Part shown: one piece after another, positions 25,775 through 39,387 of the stretch
How positions within the stretch are numbered: position 1 is the stretch's first letter
How the letters are laid out: every line of letters starts with the position of its first letter
Assembly: GCA_965655095.1 (NCBI GenBank)
Contig: OZ296657.1
Span: 26,040,001-26,104,000 of the forward strand
Reading direction: 5' to 3'
DNA from: Haplodiscus bocki
Lineage: Eukaryota
DNA length: 64,000 nucleotides
Made by a program: the position numbers and the translations under genes
The notes under the pieces: model-generated
The model's input: only the letters and a program-made list of their open reading frames with translations
What the model was told of the DNA's origin: nothing
Databases searched by the model: none

Positions 25775-26190
25775 TCATTGTTTAAAATCATAAACATTTA
25801 TAAAAGATGATATTTTCACTCTTCCCATATGCAAGCCTTTTCCTTGATGAACTACATGGATTACAGACAAGGCAAATGCTATCACTGGATTAGGTTTTCT
25901 AGTTGCAGCAGCAGTTGATAAATCCGCAGCAAATTCTACTGTTCTAAATGGGTTTTTAGTTACTTCAAAAGCAAGATTTTTTTCCCAATTTGTCAAAGAA
26001 AGTTCCTAATCTATCAGTTTCAGTCGTATTATTTTAAACTAGTTTAGTTTTGGATCAATTTACATTTAATACAAGGTCCTCTAAAAAATTTAACCTCTTT
26101 CCAGATTTTTTTTGTTGAAATTTATATCTGCTTCAATGTTAACTGTTGAGTGGTGTCTACCTCCTATACTTTAACTTTATTTCTTGAATC
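25775..26190 (-). pseudogene. Zn-ribbon plus amphipathic-helix virion protein remnant
   Basis: IGGRHHST...NPFRTVEFAADLSTAAATRKP...HQGKGLHMG. Confidence 0.55.
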
Positions 26191-27240
26191 TGTCGTAACG
26201 CCTCATTTGGATGGGGTAAAAGCTCTCAGGATTGTAACACAATCCTTAATTATTTGAAAAGGTTTTTTTCAATAAAATTAACCTCATTAGCATCGTCACC
26301 TCCTAGACAAAACGTTTCGTTATCAATCTTACCTTTATTCATTTTTGTAAACAGAACAGAAGAAGGTTCTTTAAAAATGTTCCAACCTGGTCTCGCGCTA
26401 AAATTAAGAAAAAATAGAATGCTTTCACGTAATCCGTTAAAAAGGGCGCTATCTATGCCAGCAGATTTTGTTTTAAGGTTACCAACATTAGTTATGTTTG
26501 CAAACTATTCAGTTGAATGTGTTCCAGTTTTATAGTTTTCAATTGTGAAACCTAAAACTTGATTCGAATCAGAAATGAAAATTATATCATATTTTGTTGT
26601 TAAAATTGATTTCTTGAATTCTTCCGCTTTTTCTCGAGATTTGTTGAGAAGACTGCTTTAAAGTCAGTTAGTTCTTACAGCCCAGGAGATTCATTGTTCT
26701 TTTGCTCAAAATAATTATATCCTAAAATCTATTCAATTTCATCTAAAGTTAGTTGCATTCTGTAATACATATTAAAAACTTCATCATTTTATTGGCGACC
26801 ACAATTCATTTCTTAAATCCTTCTCTAAAGTTTTTTATAGGCGTCCCTTAACCAAAGTCTGATAAATAAAATTTTTTCTTCCTTTCGATATTCACATTTT
26901 ACTTTTATCTAATTTTCATATTTATCACCTAAATTTATCTTTGTTTGCAGGATTTTTTCTGGAGTGTTTTGTTTTGATTTTGCTATAGATTTGCAAATTT
27001 TACACATTCGTTTTCATAAGACGTAGGTAAATATTGCTGAAAATTTTTTATTTCATTCTGTTATTCTGTAAAAGGTGTCATAAACTTGTAGAATACTAAC
27101 AACCATCATTCTTTTTGGAAGACGATTAAAGGTTTATCAAAATTAAAGTTTTGTTTCGGCCCTGTCAGTTTGACATCTAAAGTCTTTTGGAGTTAGGTAT
27201 GGGTTTTTTTCCGCTTTCTGCAATCTTCTCACCATCTGTA
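26180..27240 (-). pseudogene. Minor capsid (penton-like) remnant
   Basis: NLKTKSAGIDSALFNGLRESIL...RPGWNIFKEP matches HLNCDCIDGSIVNGIREAIL. Confidence 0.65.
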
Positions 27241-27489
27241 GTAAAAGTGTTTCGTTTTTTTTGTGGGCGTAAAGTCTGAAAGATCCAATTTTATGCCACA
27301 GAGTCTGAAAATGTTTCATATACCTGAGTAGAACCTATTTTGTCTAGGGCTATTTTCTGTTGTTTACGTTTTTTGCCACATCTCGTTTTTTGTTGTCACA
27401 TCTCCTTTGAGTATTTGTTTCATTTGTTAGGTTTTATTTGTCCTTTGAGTCATTTAATATTATACAAATTCAACACTGCTGTCTTAAAA

Positions 27490-27898
27490 TCCATTGGAAG
27501 TGAAAGTGTACAAAAACTAATTCGCATACAATACTCAACCATGAAAACTATGTTTTAGATTTATTATTCAGAATAAACACTTTTCCATGTTTTACCTCTT
27601 ATGTAATTAACTATTATTTTAGGTGGATGGCACCCACAAGACCTAAAAAAAAATTTCCTTATATAACAAATCGTCTGTGTTCCTTTACTAGGTTGAAGAT
27701 TGAATATCAAATGTTGTGTTGAAAAATTGTCAACCCTCGTGGAAATTCCCACTTAGGAATCTAATCTTAATGATTTCAATACTTGTTGTAACCTAATATT
27801 ACTTGTTGCTTTATTTCTTAAATTGAAACTGGATAAAAATTCTGAAAAAGTATACTTTTATTTATTTAGTTTTTTCATCACAAATATATTTACTTCCA
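27490..27898 (-). pseudogene. Adenain-like protease remnant
   Basis: IFNLQPSKGTQTICY...SCGCHPPK; homologous to 49231-49500. Confidence 0.7.
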
Positions 27899-27899
27899 T

Positions 27900-28700
27900 T
27901 GTTATTTATGTTTTTTTCAACAAAGCTTCGTTATATCTCTCATGGTAATCATCTATTTTATAACTCGAAATTGTATCTTTAATAATTTCTGTAATATACA
28001 CTTCTGTACAATTCATATGACGAGTTAGTTGCATCTCCTCCTGAGAAAGTTCGCTTTGAATCTGCTGTTCCGACGAGATCACCTAATTCTTTTTTTTAAC
28101 TAGTTTTTTTTCGTCTAATACTTTTTGCTAAACATATCTTTCACTCTTTTCTAAAGAAGTATGGATTGATGTTAATTTAGTAGAAAAATGTTTTCTCTTA
28201 TTATATTGCCTTGTTTTTGTGTGTAAAATATCAGTCCAATTGCCATCTTTTTGTTGAAAACAGGTTGTTTACCAAGATCAATACAAGTGCGGTTGAATCT
28301 TTATGCAATAACTGTTCCTACTGAGTTATTGCTGGAATATGTTTTAACGTTTTTGATAATTAAGAGGTTAGTAAATATTTTTTTTCAAAGTTTTTACCAT
28401 CATCTGGTTCAATTATGTTTGGTTTTCTACTGAAAGACTTGATAATATTTTGAAAAAAGATTTTCATGGTTGAAGCATTTTTTTCACCAGGTTTTTTCCA
28501 ACCAAACCTGCCAACTATATCAATCATCACCAAAAATTATCTATTACCTCTATTTTTGTGTACCATTTTCCTTCAAATCTTTTACGTTTAAGTTCCGAGT
28601 ATAATCAATATGACAAACCGTGGCTTTTTTGGTGATATATTATTTTGGTAGTTTAGCATATAGTTCAGCGTTAAAAACCTAATCGTTCACTGAGATTTTA
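27900..28700 (-). pseudogene. rve-family (retroviral-like) integrase remnant
   Basis: LVMIDIVGRFG, RKPNIIEPDDGKNF, A*RFNRT, HFSTKLT, GDLVGTAD. Confidence 0.85.
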
Positions 28701-28879
28701 TTTGAATCTTCACAAAATTAACAACGGACAAATTTTGAAATTTTTTCCAAAGACTTCTCACATATTGAGCGGATCAAAAGAGAAAACTTGAACGATATAA
28801 CGTATGTACGCAACACATTCATCGAACTGAATTTGCAGCAAACTTGAGAAGTAACAATCACTTGCTAAAAACCGGTGTT

Positions 28880-31800
28880 ATGGTAAGGTGTGAAATTTGT
28901 GAGTTAGTTCCTAAATCGGGCCTGAACATAATAACCTGTTGTTTAGTGACGGCCATCTTTCCAGAACGGTTTTAGCAACGCCCATACGAAAATTAGGATG
29001 TGAAACATTTAATAAAAAATTTAGTGGGAAAGTCTTTGAAAACCATTTAAAAACACAACTCATTAATAGCATTCTAAAAAGAGGTGATGTACAAAAAAGA
29101 AATTGTGAAGTCTCTACTGTTGAACTTAGAATTTCAATTCGGGATAAACATTCAAGATCAACGAAACATAAAATTAATAAAGATCGGATAGCAGTTTCAA
29201 AGGTTGCAGATATGTCTTTTCCATCACTTAGAGAAGTAGCTTTTTAAGTCTTAATGAGAACAACAACCCAGTTCAGGGTAGTTGGACTTCAATCAACGCC
29301 TATAATATTGATGATGATGTTTATACTCTATTGCTTGAGTATCATACTCTAGATTCTAGCGGCAAGCCAAATATGTCAATACTTAGAATCAAACCCAATG
29401 ATCATAGGAGAATAGAAAATGATAATATTGAACCAACAAAGGAGATAACTCAAAAATTGGTTAAATTAAAAGATGAAATATTTTTCAAATATCAATTAGG
29501 TTTCTATTGCCATTTTGGAAAAAAATCTCATGATGGAGATTATGAAAAAGAAGATCATCATAATAGGCTAGAAATGAAACCTCTCGAAACTCTCAGATCT
29601 AGATTTATCAATGAATGAAATAAACACTGAATTGCAGACAAGGATTGAAAATCTAGACGGTCGGGGATCTGGATTGGTTTTTAAAAAGATTATGTCAATG
29701 CAGATCGAAGCGTACGAAACAAACTTTTTCAGTGGATGGACGTACAGAGAGTTACCTATTGTCAACCATGCAGTTCTCAAAATTGAAAAATTTGATTTGT
29801 TTTGTGCACTGTGGTCCATTTTAGCCAAAATGTTTCCTTAAAAAACGAATCAAATTGCTACATCTAAATGTTTTCACTCATTTAATCAAGGAGATTTAAC
29901 AGGTGTTGACTTTACTAATAGATTGAAATTTGAAGATATTCCGAAATTAGAATCTGAGAATTTTGTAAATCTTAACTTATTCGAACTCAAGGTTACGGTT
30001 AAAGATGATTTAGGTGCAGCTTCTGAACTCTTACCAATTTATATCTCAGAGATTGATAGTGAACCAATAGACTTATCCTGGTATAAGAATCAAAATTACC
30101 TAATTAAAAAGTATCATGTGTTCATAGATAATCATAATAAGACACAGGTTTGAAGAAATTGTTTGACTTCTTTTGATGGTGAGTATAGATTGGTAAAAAA
30201 TCAAAAATTTTGTCTGACAAATGACCCTTGAATAAAAAAATTTCCAAAGAAATGGCTGTCCTTCGAACCAAATAACTATAAAAGTTCTATACGTTTTAGA
30301 GGCTATGTCAATTCTGAATCTTTAAATGAAAGGGTTGAAGAAGCTTTGGAAAAATCAAAAACACAAAAAAATGTCATCAGAAACCAGTTGCTCCAAACTA
30401 TTACATTGTATCTGAATTGTTTGAGGTGTTGAAACCTGGTTCTCATGAATTTTTTTGATCTTGTAAAAAGGAATGGTTTGTTGATGTATTGATGAAACAA
30501 GAAAACAAATTGGAATATCACTTTGATAACACAATTATTCCTCTAAAAATGACTCCAGGCGATGACGGAAAAAACAAAACATCTGCTGAGTATTGGTTAT
30601 AAAATCAACTTTAGTGATTGATAAGATTGGGAAAGTATATGGAAAGGTCACACATCGTTGTCATCTGTTTGTTAAATTTTTTGGTGCAGCTCTTAAACAT
30701 TGCAACACCAATGCGAAAGAACTAAAATTTTTTCAAAGAATTGTTCATAGCTTAACTGGCCATCTTTTGTGTAAAAAATCAGTTGCAGGGAAGACTCAGT
30801 AAATTCATATCAAGATAATTGCAAAAACAAAAGAGAATCTCAAAACCATTACATATGAGTTGTTGAAAGTTTATTGACTTTATAAGATTATTGCAAGGAA
30901 GTTTAGATTGTTTAACGAGCAGCCTGAAAAAGGAAGGCTTACTTTCTTTGGAGAAAGAATCAGGATCTTTAGATCTTTATGTAGAAAGTTGTCATACACA
31001 ACTGAGTATTCCAATTCAATTGATGATTATTATAAGCTAATGGATGAACTCAATAAAGAGCATTTTAAAGACCTTTCAATTGAAACAGATCAAAGAACTT
31101 TTGAAATCATAAAAGAAAACAAAAGAAAAAATCAGAAAGAACTATCACTGTTCTATTTAAAAACAGATGTATGTCGTCCACTTGACGTCTGTGAAAAATT
31201 TATTAGAATCTCGTTTTAAGAGCATGAAATCAATCCATTGTATTTTAAAAATCTTCCTGGCTTTACATTGCAATGTGGTTTGAACTAGTTTGGTATTAAA
31301 CTACAGAAGCTAAAATATTTATTATCTATTTTTAACAATTGAAGAAAAACTTACGTGGCGGTATTTCAGGAGTATTGAGTGATAGATATATAAAAAGCAT
31401 TGAAAAAAATGTTTTCGCATTTTGATTATAATGATTTTTATGGTGCGAGTATGTCGCAATAACTACCTAATAAAGATATTCGTTTTACAAATGATGTTGA
31501 AGCAAATTAAATTTTTCATACCGATGATTCTGCAGGAAACTGACTACTTTGTGTAAGTTGATTTGCATTAACCAAATAAAATCAAGGAAAAAATAAAAAA
31601 CTTCCCGCTTTGTCCGGTTAACAAAAGGCACACTTTATTGGTTTCACTGAATACACGAACGCTTTTAAACAAAAAAAGTTGAGACCATACGATAAAGTAA
31701 TATGTGATTGAAGTGATAAGAGAAATATTTAGTTCGTTATATACGTGTAAGTTTTTTGGTATGAATGGGGATGAAACTTAAAAAAGTAAGTAAAGTGATT

Positions 31801-32687
31801 AGTTTCAAGCAAAAACGCTGGTTGGCTCCTTATGTTGCCCTATACACAAAAAAACTGCTACAGATGACCCTTTCAAATAACATTTCTGCAAATTGTCAAA
31901 CAGTGCTTTTTGTGAAGGAACAATGGGAAATGAAGGGAATAAAATAAGAGTAACTTTTATGTGATAATGAAGTACTTAAAATGCCAAAAAGGCAAAGTTA
32001 AATAGAATTTGATAGTGTAAAATCAAATGATGGTTTTGATGTTCTTAACCTGAAAAATAAAAAAAGTTTTAATCGATGAACCAATTTAAATAGGTTTTAC
32101 TGTTTTAGAGTCATCAAAACATATTTTGTATGAAACTTAATATGACACCTTGCAACGATTTTTGATACCGAATTGGAAAATAATCTGCACTTATAATAAG
32201 TGGATTGTGATTCATTTGTATTGAGTATTGAAAGAAATGACTTCAGAAAAGATTTGATTAAATTGAAAGAAGATAAAGATTTGTTTGATTTTAATAAAAC
32301 TGCTGGAGACTATCTTTTTTTTTGTATTAAGAATACGGATATAATTGGTAAACTCAAAATTGAGACTCCTGATAAATTATACATAAAAACGTTTTGTGCA
32401 CTGAGATCAAAAGCATATGCTTTTCTCAAACCCATTGAAAAACAAAAGAACTGAAACTTACAACTGAAATTAATGCGAAAAGAATGAAAATTGATGAAAA
32501 TATGCAGTGTTCATATTGAATTGTTTCAAACAAAAACAAAGATTTTACTGAAACTGTTGATGACTGTGTTGTTCGAAACAAAAATCAAAAAAAAATTTAA
32601 TTACAAAGCTTTATCAAAGTGGCTTTAAATGATTTTGATGACAAACGAAAAATTTTCAAAAAGGTAAAAAGCCAGCCATGGTCTTAA
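28880..32687 (+). pseudogene. polB: Protein-primed family B DNA polymerase, many frameshifts
   Basis: GSGLVF, YLKTDV, LRGGISGV, DYNDFYGASMSQ (motif A), VISFKQKRWL, VDCDSF (motif C), GKLKIE, FCALRSKAY, DDKR. Confidence 0.92.
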
Positions 32688-35600
32688 ATTCAATTTTGCT
32701 AGCGAAGATAGCAGTAAACACGTCTCCATCACAATCTTTTGATGGTATGATGCAATGTCTGTATTCATACCAAACATTCTCAAATACATTTTGATTGAGA
32801 GAAAAAATTTAAAAAAGTTTTTTATGAAATATACTTTTCTTTTTTTTTAACATCTTATCAGTACTCCGCCTTTGATAAAGTTTTTTTGATAATTTCTGGA
32901 AAAACAAATTTTCATAAAAACAATTTTTTTACAATATAGTTTTCGTTTTTTTTTTGGGTGGAGCCAGCATGACTCGGACAGTCCATAACTTTGAATCAGT
33001 AGCCCTCCTTTGACATAATACGTTTGAAAAATTTTTAAACTTTTCTTCTGTTAAAAAAATGTTTCGTTTAGAAAATAAGTTAGAATATTTTTTATCTTGC
33101 CTTTGTACCAACCCACTGATGTGTGCAAAAAACACAGCTGGCATATCTGGAGTATGTTATCGTTATCAGATTTTTTTCCCGATTTTCTACTTTCTTCTGT
33201 TTTATTTTTTTTAATTTTAGCCTCTAAATCATTATTCATGAGTACCCTCGTTGATGTGTGCAAAACACACAGTTCGCATAGCCACCATTTAAAATAGTTC
33301 TTTTTTTTTCAAAATATTTTTGAATTTTCAAACATGTTTGATTTTTTCATCTTTTAGATTTTATCCAAAGATTTTTCAAAAACTTATCTTATTTTTTTAA
33401 TTTCTGGTTTTGTGCAACTTTTTCATTTTTATTTGGTTTTAGTTTGTTTTATCTTACCTTTGTAATTTTCTTTTCGTTCTATTGGTAAATTTTTAGTTTT
33501 TTTGCAATTTTTTCATTTTCATTTTTTAGATTTTTTTAGTTTTCGTTTTTTAGTTTTAATTAATTTTTTTAAATTTTTTTCTTTTAATTAAATAACTTCT
33601 TTTTACCTTTTTACCTGTTTTTTTTCGCGTCATTCTTGTCTACCTCCATTGATGTATAGCGAACAATTCACGATCAACTAAAACAAAAACATTAGTAGTG
33701 TGTAAAACAGCATTTGACGCGAAAAACCGCGGACGCAGTAAAAATTAATAGAAAATTTAATGAAAGTTTATACTATAACAACGGGGGTTCACAAGAATGA
33801 AAAATAATTTTTGTAAAAAGTTTTATGAATGATATTATCATTGGGTGTACTCTGGAAGGAGAAAAGTTTTTAACGTACTTGTTTTTTATCTACAGCATAA
33901 AAGTTTTTGTAGCCTAAATTTTGTCTGTTGCTGTGATGACTTTCAATTGTTTTCGATGAATTTCATAAAATTAGGCGGATAGCTTCCGAACACTTAGTGG
34001 TGCGTGCGCAAACCAAAGATTTTCGAAAAATTTTCGCATGTTTGTCAGTTTTTGGATTGTTATTAGGTGTCTCAAAAAACATTACCAGCTGACCCACCTT
34101 GTTGCTAATTTCGTCAGCCTTAGCAACTTATTGCATCACTCGGAACCTAGACTACAGGTAAATCTACAACTTTCATAATGGGATTTTGAAATCAGCAAAA
34201 GCTTCAAGTGACCGAAAAAATAAGTCATTGACCAATATCAGTAAACAGTTTGGGTGAATGACAGTTCCCACACTCTGAGCGTTGTCTCAACCAACAAACT
34301 GTCTCTTCTAGAGGGGGATGAAGAAACGTATTTTTAAATAATGTTAGTTAACATGGGAGAATGGTTCACAAAACAGCGGCAAATATCGATGTCGGTGAAG
34401 TTAGTAGGTTTATTGATGTCGATGATCATTCAAAGATACCGGCTGCATCAGTAATCTTGGACCCCCTTCTTCCAAATTTTTCGGTCAAAGTTCAAAATTC
34501 AAAGTCTTCGAAATAAGTTTTCTGCCGCAAAATGTCCACCATCACACCAAGAAATCAATTTTGAGCAGAGCAGCCAAAAAAAGCAAAGTTTTACAACTCA
34601 CAGCCGGAATGAAGTTTTATATTTCTAAGTTTTTTCATAAATAACTCAAAGCGTTCTTTTGAAAATCATTTTCAAGAGTACCATTTTCTGTCAAAAACTA
34701 TACTTACTGAGCTAAGAGCGAGCTTCCTCCGACGATGGGTTCCCTTTTTCAACATTTCAGCAAGTTTTTTTACCATTTCTGACCCACTACCGGCGAAATT
34801 TTTGCAGCGCTGTTGAGTCTTTTGTTTAGCGTCTGCTCATTGTTGGGAAAGTTTACTTATTCGAAATACTTTCACTCAGCCAACATTATTTGAAGGCAAT
34901 GGAAAACATCGCCTCAATGAGCAACTGGTTCGAATTGCAGTTGCCTAGTTGATAAAGAATCAATGAGGTAGCTTAGTAGAATCATTTTAGCATAACCATA
35001 TAAAACATTTTACACACCCAAAATAGCGCACAACGTAAAACAAATTAGTAAAAAACAGCAAAAATTAAGTGAAATTAGTAAAAAACCGCAAAGTTTAGGT
35101 AAAATTATATAAAAAAAGTGCAGGATAATGTAAAATTATACTATATCAATGGGAGAACACAGGAAACTATAGAAATTGTACTATATGATGGCTAGGCCAA
35201 TTCTGTGCTTGGCACACATCAATGGAGGTACACGGGAATGTTGATGAAAAATAAAAATTCTATTTCGGGAAAACAAAGGTACACTCAGAGGGAGGTTGTC
35301 GGTCTCAATTAAAATCAATAGCTCATAGTTTAATTAGTCCACGCTGAAAGTTTGAGCCTCACATCTATCATAGTTTTCGAGAAAACAAATTTTAAAATAG
35401 ATCAAAGGGCTCAAAAGTAAGTAGAAAACCACTCGAGCGGAAACTTTTTTTACGAAAGCAACGAAGTTTTAAGCTACAGAAAATTATAATATAACATTGA
35501 AAACGTTTTGAAAAATGCTATTCAATGGTAATTTTTTCGAAAACGTTGACTGAAACTATTATCATCAAAAACCTGAAACTAAACTTGAAACATGGTATAC

Positions 35601-35839
35601 CAAAAAAAAGTGTAAATTTTAGTGGAGTGTTATACATCCTTGGAAAGTTCTTGAAAAAAGGTACTCAATAGTAATGTTCTAGACAACGTTGGCTGAAACT
35701 ATTCCCATCTGAAACTGCAAAGATTGGTTATTTCAATGAAAAATTTTCGAAAAATTATGACATATTATATACCGTTCAAAAGGTGTTGAAAAGCTTTATT
35801 CAATGATACCATTTTCGAAACGTTGTATAATACATTTAG

Positions 35840-36410
35840 CTTGAATCTCTGTCGTGAATAGGTTTACAATTTTTAAAATCATTACCATATTCAACGATAC
35901 CTTCATTTTCAACTGTAAATTTATTGCCTTTCCTTTCATCATCTTTTTTATATAACTAAACATACTCATCTTTTTGTGTTGAATTTTTATGTTCTTCAAA
36001 AGGGATATTTTCTCGATGGAACAGAAACTAAATATTTTCTATACCGTGAGCATATGGGTATTTTACATCATTAAAAGCATCAATTGAACTGTATTCAACT
36101 ATGGTATAAGTCGTTTCAAAGCTGACTATTTTTTCTCCCGCATGAATATATTTTTCATGTTCAATTTCCAATAGGAGTTTTTTATCGTTTAGTCTTCTAT
36201 TATAAAAATCTTCTGGGTGTTCATTTGGTTTAAGCAAATTCAAATAATTAGGATTCATAAGTATTTCAGTTTCATGATGTGGACCTTTTCTACAGGGCAT
36301 TTTATAAACCTGAGTTTTGTTTGAATTACTAAAAATTAAAACCATATAAGTATGAAATCTATTATGTCAGAACGGTTGGATTTCAGGGTTGTTTTTGCCA
36401 AATATAGATT
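35840..36410 (-). pseudogene. Conserved terminal accessory gene (family of 58459-58977)
   Basis: LLEIEHEKYIHAGEKIVSFET...NDVKYPYAHGIENI. Confidence 0.6.
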
Positions 36411-36653
36411 TCATTTTTATTTTCATTTTATCATCCATTTCTTTGAAACAATTTCACCCGATGTGAAAATTGTCATATGGAAACCACATTTTTTTCTTTT
36501 TATGTCTTTTTTATTAATATCACTGAATATATAATTCACCTCAATGTCTAGATTTTCAAAACCGTATTCCTTAACAACGATACCATTTTTTTGTTTATAT
36601 GTGTTTTGATTTACTTTTAATTATATATATTTTTCATATAAATACCTGAGAAA

Positions 36654-36944
36654 TGAAAAACACATTTTGTTGAGAACAACTATCAAAAACCGGTGATCTC
36701 AAGGTTGGTTTGATAATGAGACAAAATAAGTTGGATAAAATGGCTAAACTTATGGAAATCAACAATTTCAAACCAAAACTAAAAAAATCTAAAAAAGCTA
36801 GATGGTTGAAAGCATCACCTTCTACATCACAACGTTATAGAAGAGAATAAAATATGCTTTCACCCTATAGAATACCAAGCATTGCCACAAGAAAACAAAA
36901 TTCATCCGACCATGATCACAAAATGACCTCAAATGACCACAAAA
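36654..36944 (+). pseudogene. HTH gene remnant, truncated
   Basis: Reverse-complement copy of 50577-50868. Confidence 0.65.
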
Positions 36945-37431
36945 TTCTTTCTTTTAATCCTCTCGACTATTAAGAGTTCGTCATTTTTTCGTCTACGCTA
37001 AATGAAAATTCATCGTTTTTTTCCTCTCCAGAAAACAACAAACCAAGTTGCAAAGCAAATGGTTTTCGATTTGGTTCCGTTTGACAAAATGAATTTTTGT
37101 AGTGCGTGAAACAGCTTTTGACGCAAAAAACCGCGGAGGCAGTAAAAATTAAGCAAAATTTATTTAAAAATTATACTATAACAATGGGTGTACACAAGAA
37201 AGAAAGTTTTTTCAATGTACCTGTTTTTTATCTACAGCGTATGAAAGTTTGCTCTTTAATTTTTTATATTTACATAAACATAGACTTAAAGAAAAGTTTG
37301 CACGTGTATTTCTTATGTTTAAGCGATACTGAAAAAACCACCACCACCACACACTAAAAAGGGTGTTTGTATCTCGAAGATGGTAGTCTACCATGTATAC
37401 ATACCATAACTAGTTTTTTTCTTTCTTTTTT

Positions 37432-37690
37432 GTCTCCTATAGCTGATTGGTATATGCAAAGTGGCATTGACTAAAGTTAAGGCTGTACTTGCATAGTCGT
37501 AGTGTGTTGTGGTTCACTATTATCCAACGTCCCACTGTCTATGTCGTGCAACCATCATGAAACTTTAGGAGGAACTGTCGATATCACGATGCCTAAGAAG
37601 CTTACATGTTCGATAGGAAAGCTTCGCCAGGAACGATCACTCGAAGACAGTTGAAAAACTAGACATGAATTTTGGCCCGTAACGTTTTTT
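37432..37690 (+). ncRNA. Putative structured non-coding RNA (~259 nt), more eroded copy
   Basis: Aligns end to end with the reverse complement of 56725-56978; covarying stems; ends in a T6 run. Confidence 0.55.
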
Positions 37691-39387
37691 GTTTTTGGTT
37701 GATTGATAAGATTTCTCATATTTATATGTACACCGTGTAGTGTCAGTTTTACTGGTACATATTTTTTTATTGATATCTCCACGAATTCTTATCCGATTGA
37801 TGTCAAACAAAAACTAGCGTAATTTTAATTGATATGAAAGTTTTGATTTGAGAGAAAAAATTGAATTTACCGTCCTACCATGGCAAAACTAGACTTACCA
37901 TCTCACTATCGTAAACTCAGAGGGTGTCGGTCTCAATTAAAATCAATAGTTCATAGTTTAATCAGTCCAACCTGAAAGTTTGAGCCTCACATCTATCATA
38001 GTTTTCGAGAAAAGTTGATTTCAAAAAGATCAAAGGGCTAAAAGTTTAGTAGTAAACCACTCAAAAGGAAAATTTTTTATTTTCGATTCAGATTTTACCA
38101 CGGTCACTTAAACATGTTAAATTTACGAAATCAACGAAGTTTGAGCTACAGAAAAGTATAATATACATTGAAAACGTCTTCAAAAATGCTGTTCAAGTGT
38201 AATATTTTCGAAAACGTTGACTGAAACTATTATCAATAAAAACCTGAAACTAACCCTGAAACATGGTATGTCAAGGAAAAAGTAAAAATATTGGTGGAGT
38301 GTTGTGTAATATTGGAAAGTTCTTGAAAAGGGTTATTCAATGTTAATGTTTTCGAAAACGTTCGCTAAAACAAATACCATCTGAAACGTCAAACATGGTG
38401 TTTTTCAAAGAAATGTTTTTAGGTGTTTTTGACATATTATATACCGTTCAAAATGTGTTGAAAAGCACTATTCAATGATGCAATTTTCGAAAACAGCGAC
38501 TGAAAATATTACCATATCATATTTAAAAGAACAACCACTTTTCAGAATTTTTTCAATTTACTGATTAATTATCCTTTTTCTACACGCGAAATTAAAAGGT
38601 TTTCAAAATTTCTTACAATGAGTTCCTACATATTCTGGATTTCGAGATAATATTTTGATAAATTGTCTATGACACAATGGTTTTTGAAATTTTAAATCAT
38701 AACATAAGTTTACATTTGATAGGTTTGAATCATCTTTTTTGTTAATTTAACTTTTTCAATAATTTTGAAACCATTGTTTTTTGCATTTTCTAATTTTTCA
38801 TTTAATTCATAGTGTTCAGATGTAACTTTCACAAATCTATGACTAATAGTCAAAATAATTCTCCATTATTTTTAAAACTTGTCAATTTAACATCATACAC
38901 ACATGTACATTCAAATCTATGAAAAAAGTTATTTTAACAATCAGTAATAACATCATCGAGTATAAAATTTACTTCATTGATTTCTGGTTTTAAAAACTCA
39001 TAATCTTTTACAACAGTACTTTCGTTCAATTTACCATTCATTCATTAAGGATGTTTTCCTTGAACCAAAAAATCTTTTCAAAAAAAAATAATAGCTTGAG
39101 TTTGTTAAAAAGAAAGAAATTTTAGCCTTGGAAAAAATGTCCATGAGAATCTTTTGGTTATTATTTAAACGCTCAGCTGTTCTAACAACAATAGGTTTAG
39201 CAATATAGAAACTTTTTTCTTCCTTGTAAAAAAGTTCATCCAATTGATTCCAAACAATCTTGTACATACTATTGTGACGTTTTTCTTGAAGTCTTCCTTT
39301 TGATTTTGCATAATATCTCACAATTTTTCTCCTTGTGAAAGTATTTTTCCTACAGATTTCTTTTGTTTTTTAAACCCTTCAACACTT

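Larger units (their letters stand above)
14975..33660. mobile_element. Element A: decayed Polinton/adintovirus-like endogenous virus, about 18.7 kb
   Basis: Terminal-region motifs in opposite orientation at 14975-15210/16380-17290 and 33090-33660 (GCACACATCAATGG vs TTGATGTGTGC); contains MCP, ATPase, penton, protease, integrase and pPolB remnants. Confidence 0.75.
33694..36944 (+). repeat. Left arm of a ~3-kb inverted repeat (partner 50577-54290): element end beginning AGTAGT, terminal region and first two genes
   Basis: 33977-36944 is the reverse complement of 50577-53567; 33905-33978 is the reverse complement of 54216-54290; AGTAGTG at 33694 resembles Polinton termini. Confidence 0.9.

Noticed and set aside
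28880-32687. Alternative genetic code or programmed frameshifting explaining the stops
   Set aside because: All three stop types and many frameshifts occur at non-conserved positions, with damaged catalytic motifs
33300-33630. T-rich tract as a terminator or satellite
   Set aside because: Low-complexity eroded version of the terminal-region T-rich repeats (compare 52430-52520)
37410-37682. Spliced coding exon (pyrimidine tract plus TAG, then a shared stop)
   Set aside because: Both copies have in-frame stops and non-triplet indels, and the substitutions preserve base pairing; disfavoured but not fully excluded
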